Below are positions 62,605-64,000 of a stretch of 64,000 nucleotides of DNA, in pieces. The notes below the pieces were generated by a model. That model did not search any database, was not told where the DNA came from, and saw only the letters and a program-made list of their open reading frames with translations. The stretch lies in contig CABSNK010000012.1 of the NCBI GenBank assembly GCA_902479075.1, positions 10,498 through 74,497 of the forward strand, read 5' to 3'. This DNA is from an uncultured Collinsella sp. Lineage in GTDB: Bacteria > Actinomycetota > Coriobacteriia > Coriobacteriales > Coriobacteriaceae. Position 1 is the stretch's first letter. Every line of letters begins with the position of its first letter. The position numbers and the translations under genes are program-made.

Positions 62605-63069
62605 ATGGCGGATAACGAAGCACTGTTTACGCCTGAGCTGGTGTTTTTTGATTGGGAGTGCGCGACGCCGGATGAGGTGTTTGCGCGGCTCGAGGACGAG
62701 CTTGCACCACGCGGTTACATTGCGCCCGGTTGGCTCGATGCCGTCCGCACGCGCGAGGATGCCTATCCCACGGGTCTTGCCATGCCGGCGGCCAACATCG
62801 CCATCCCGCACACCGATCCCGGATTTGTGGCTAAGCCCTATATCGCGGTGGTAAAGCCCGCGGCGCCCGTGGTGTTCAGTGCAATGGCGGGCATGGGTGC
62901 CCCCGTGCCGGCGCAGATCATCATCAATTTGGGCATCGCCGAGCCGAGCGGCCAGGTCGAGGCCCTGCAATCGCTTATGAATATCTTTATGGATGCCGCC
63001 GCCGCAGCCGATGTGCTCGGCCAGACCACATGCCAGGGCATGGTCGACGCCATCCGTCGCCACTTTTAG
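62605..63069 (+). CDS. PTS EIIA component, fructose/mannitol (type 2) family, stand-alone
   Basis: REDAYPTGLAMPAANIAIPHTD (phospho-His loop). About 150 aa. Confidence 0.8.
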   Translation: MADNEALFTPELVFFDWECATPDEVFARLEDELAPRGYIAPGWLDAVRTREDAYPTGLAMPAANIAIPHTDPGFVAKPYIAVVKPAAPVVFSAMAGMGAPVPAQIIINLGIAEPSGQVEALQSLMNIFMDAAAAADVLGQTTCQGMVDAIRRHF

Positions 63070-63256
63070 GGCCGGCACTTGGGGACTGTCCCCAACTGCC
63101 GGCAGAAAAGGAATGTCCCTAACTGCCGACAGCCAGAAGAGCCCCCTTTGCACCAAAATGGTGCAGATTGACCTGTCCCCCATGCACCAGGTGTGTCGCG
63201 GGGTCCGCGTTGTGACACAATGGCGTTTGTTCGATTCGTGATGCGAAAGGCCAACT

Positions 63257-64000
63257 ATGGCAAACAAGAAAAAGAACTCCGAGGCCGCGCCGACGTCCGA
63301 GCAGCAGGCTCGCGCTGCCTCCAGCTCTCGTAAGAAGCAGCGCAAGACGTACGTGTCTAAGACCGTCAAGATCGTCCTAGTGGTTATCGGCGTGCTGGCA
63401 ATGCTACTTTCCGTCTCGGCGATGGCGTGCTCCGGCCTGATGTCGCAGACCGAAAGCGCCAGCTCGGGTTATAAGCTCACTGGTGGCGTGGCTGCCACCA
63501 TCAACGGCACCAACCTCACCGAGGACACCGTGACCAAGCAGATCATGAGCATGCGCACGTCCTACGGCTACACCAAGGACAAGGACTGGGCGCAGTATCT
63601 GGTCGACAACGATCTGACGCCCAAGAAGTACCGCAAGCAGCTCATCGATTCCTACGCGCAGCAGATTCTGCTCCAGCAGGCGCAGAAGGAAAACGGCGTG
63701 ACGGTGTCGGACGAGGAGGTCGAGAAGGCATGGAAGGACGCGTGCAAGAGCGCGGGCGGTGCCAAGGCCTTTAAGAAGACCCTTAAGACCTACGGCTATA
63801 CCGAGGACACCTACAAGGACTCGCTCAAGGAGAACCTAGCACAGCAAAAGCTTAAGGACGCCGTGGCGCCCACCAGTAAGCCCAAGGACAGTGAGATCGT
63901 CGATTACATCAACGAGAACCTGTCTAACTACAACGATGCCCGCCGCTCGTCGAACATCCTGATCAAGGTTGATTCCGACGCATCTGACGAGGACAAGGCC
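63257..64000 (+). CDS. SurA N-terminal-domain / PrsA-like peptidyl-prolyl isomerase, N-terminal 248 codons (runs off the window end)
   Basis: Not in the ORF track (open at the edge). My translation: MANKKKNSEAAP...TVKIVLVVIGVLAMLLSV (TM)...VAATINGTNLTEDTVTKQI...RRSSNILIKV, typical of the PrsA/SurA N-terminal chaperone domain leading into a parvulin domain. Confidence 0.7.
   Translation, partial: MANKKKNSEAAPTSEQQARAASSSRKKQRKTYVSKTVKIVLVVIGVLAMLLSVSAMACSGLMSQTESASSGYKLTGGVAATINGTNLTEDTVTKQIMSMRTSYGYTKDKDWAQYLVDNDLTPKKYRKQLIDSYAQQILLQQAQKENGVTVSDEEVEKAWKDACKSAGGAKAFKKTLKTYGYTEDTYKDSLKENLAQQKLKDAVAPTSKPKDSEIVDYINENLSNYNDARRSSNILIKVDSDASDEDKA

Overview
This 64-kb window spans the chromosomal replication origin of a high-GC Gram-positive bacterium. 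Gene content and protein sequences suggest Actinomycetota, probably a Coriobacteriia or Collinsella-like genome, but that taxon guess is inference only. The core is classic origin synteny. On the minus strand: rpmH-rnpA-yidD-yidC-jag, then rsmG-parA-parB. On the plus strand: dnaA-dnaN-recF-DUF721(DciA-like)-gyrB-gyrA. Strand bias flips at about 21-24.6 kb. Flanking genes include purB, an LPXTG/thioester adhesin, an M28-like peptidase, a WYL (PafBC-like) pair, dinG-ddl, rlmN, typA, rpsF-ssb-rpsR-rplI-dnaB, purA/D/E/F/M/N, carAB, a class B sortase and six tRNAs. I found no rRNA, CRISPR array, IS element, integrase or prophage. All calls come from reading the translations and the DNA; no database search was run. 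The most unusual points are: (1) a GHKL-ATPase plus winged-helix protein with a long Q/P-rich linker, sitting between rpmH and dnaA and apparently co-transcribed with dnaA; (2) a sharply lower-GC rsmG-parA-parB operon with three perfect parS sites; (3) several long, near-perfect inverted-repeat hairpins in intergenic spacers, three of them stacked between carB and purE; (4) a recurring hairpin-loop motif AAAAG..CGTCCCAAAT; (5) tRNA-end duplications and a shared tRNA-like module next to two tRNA loci.
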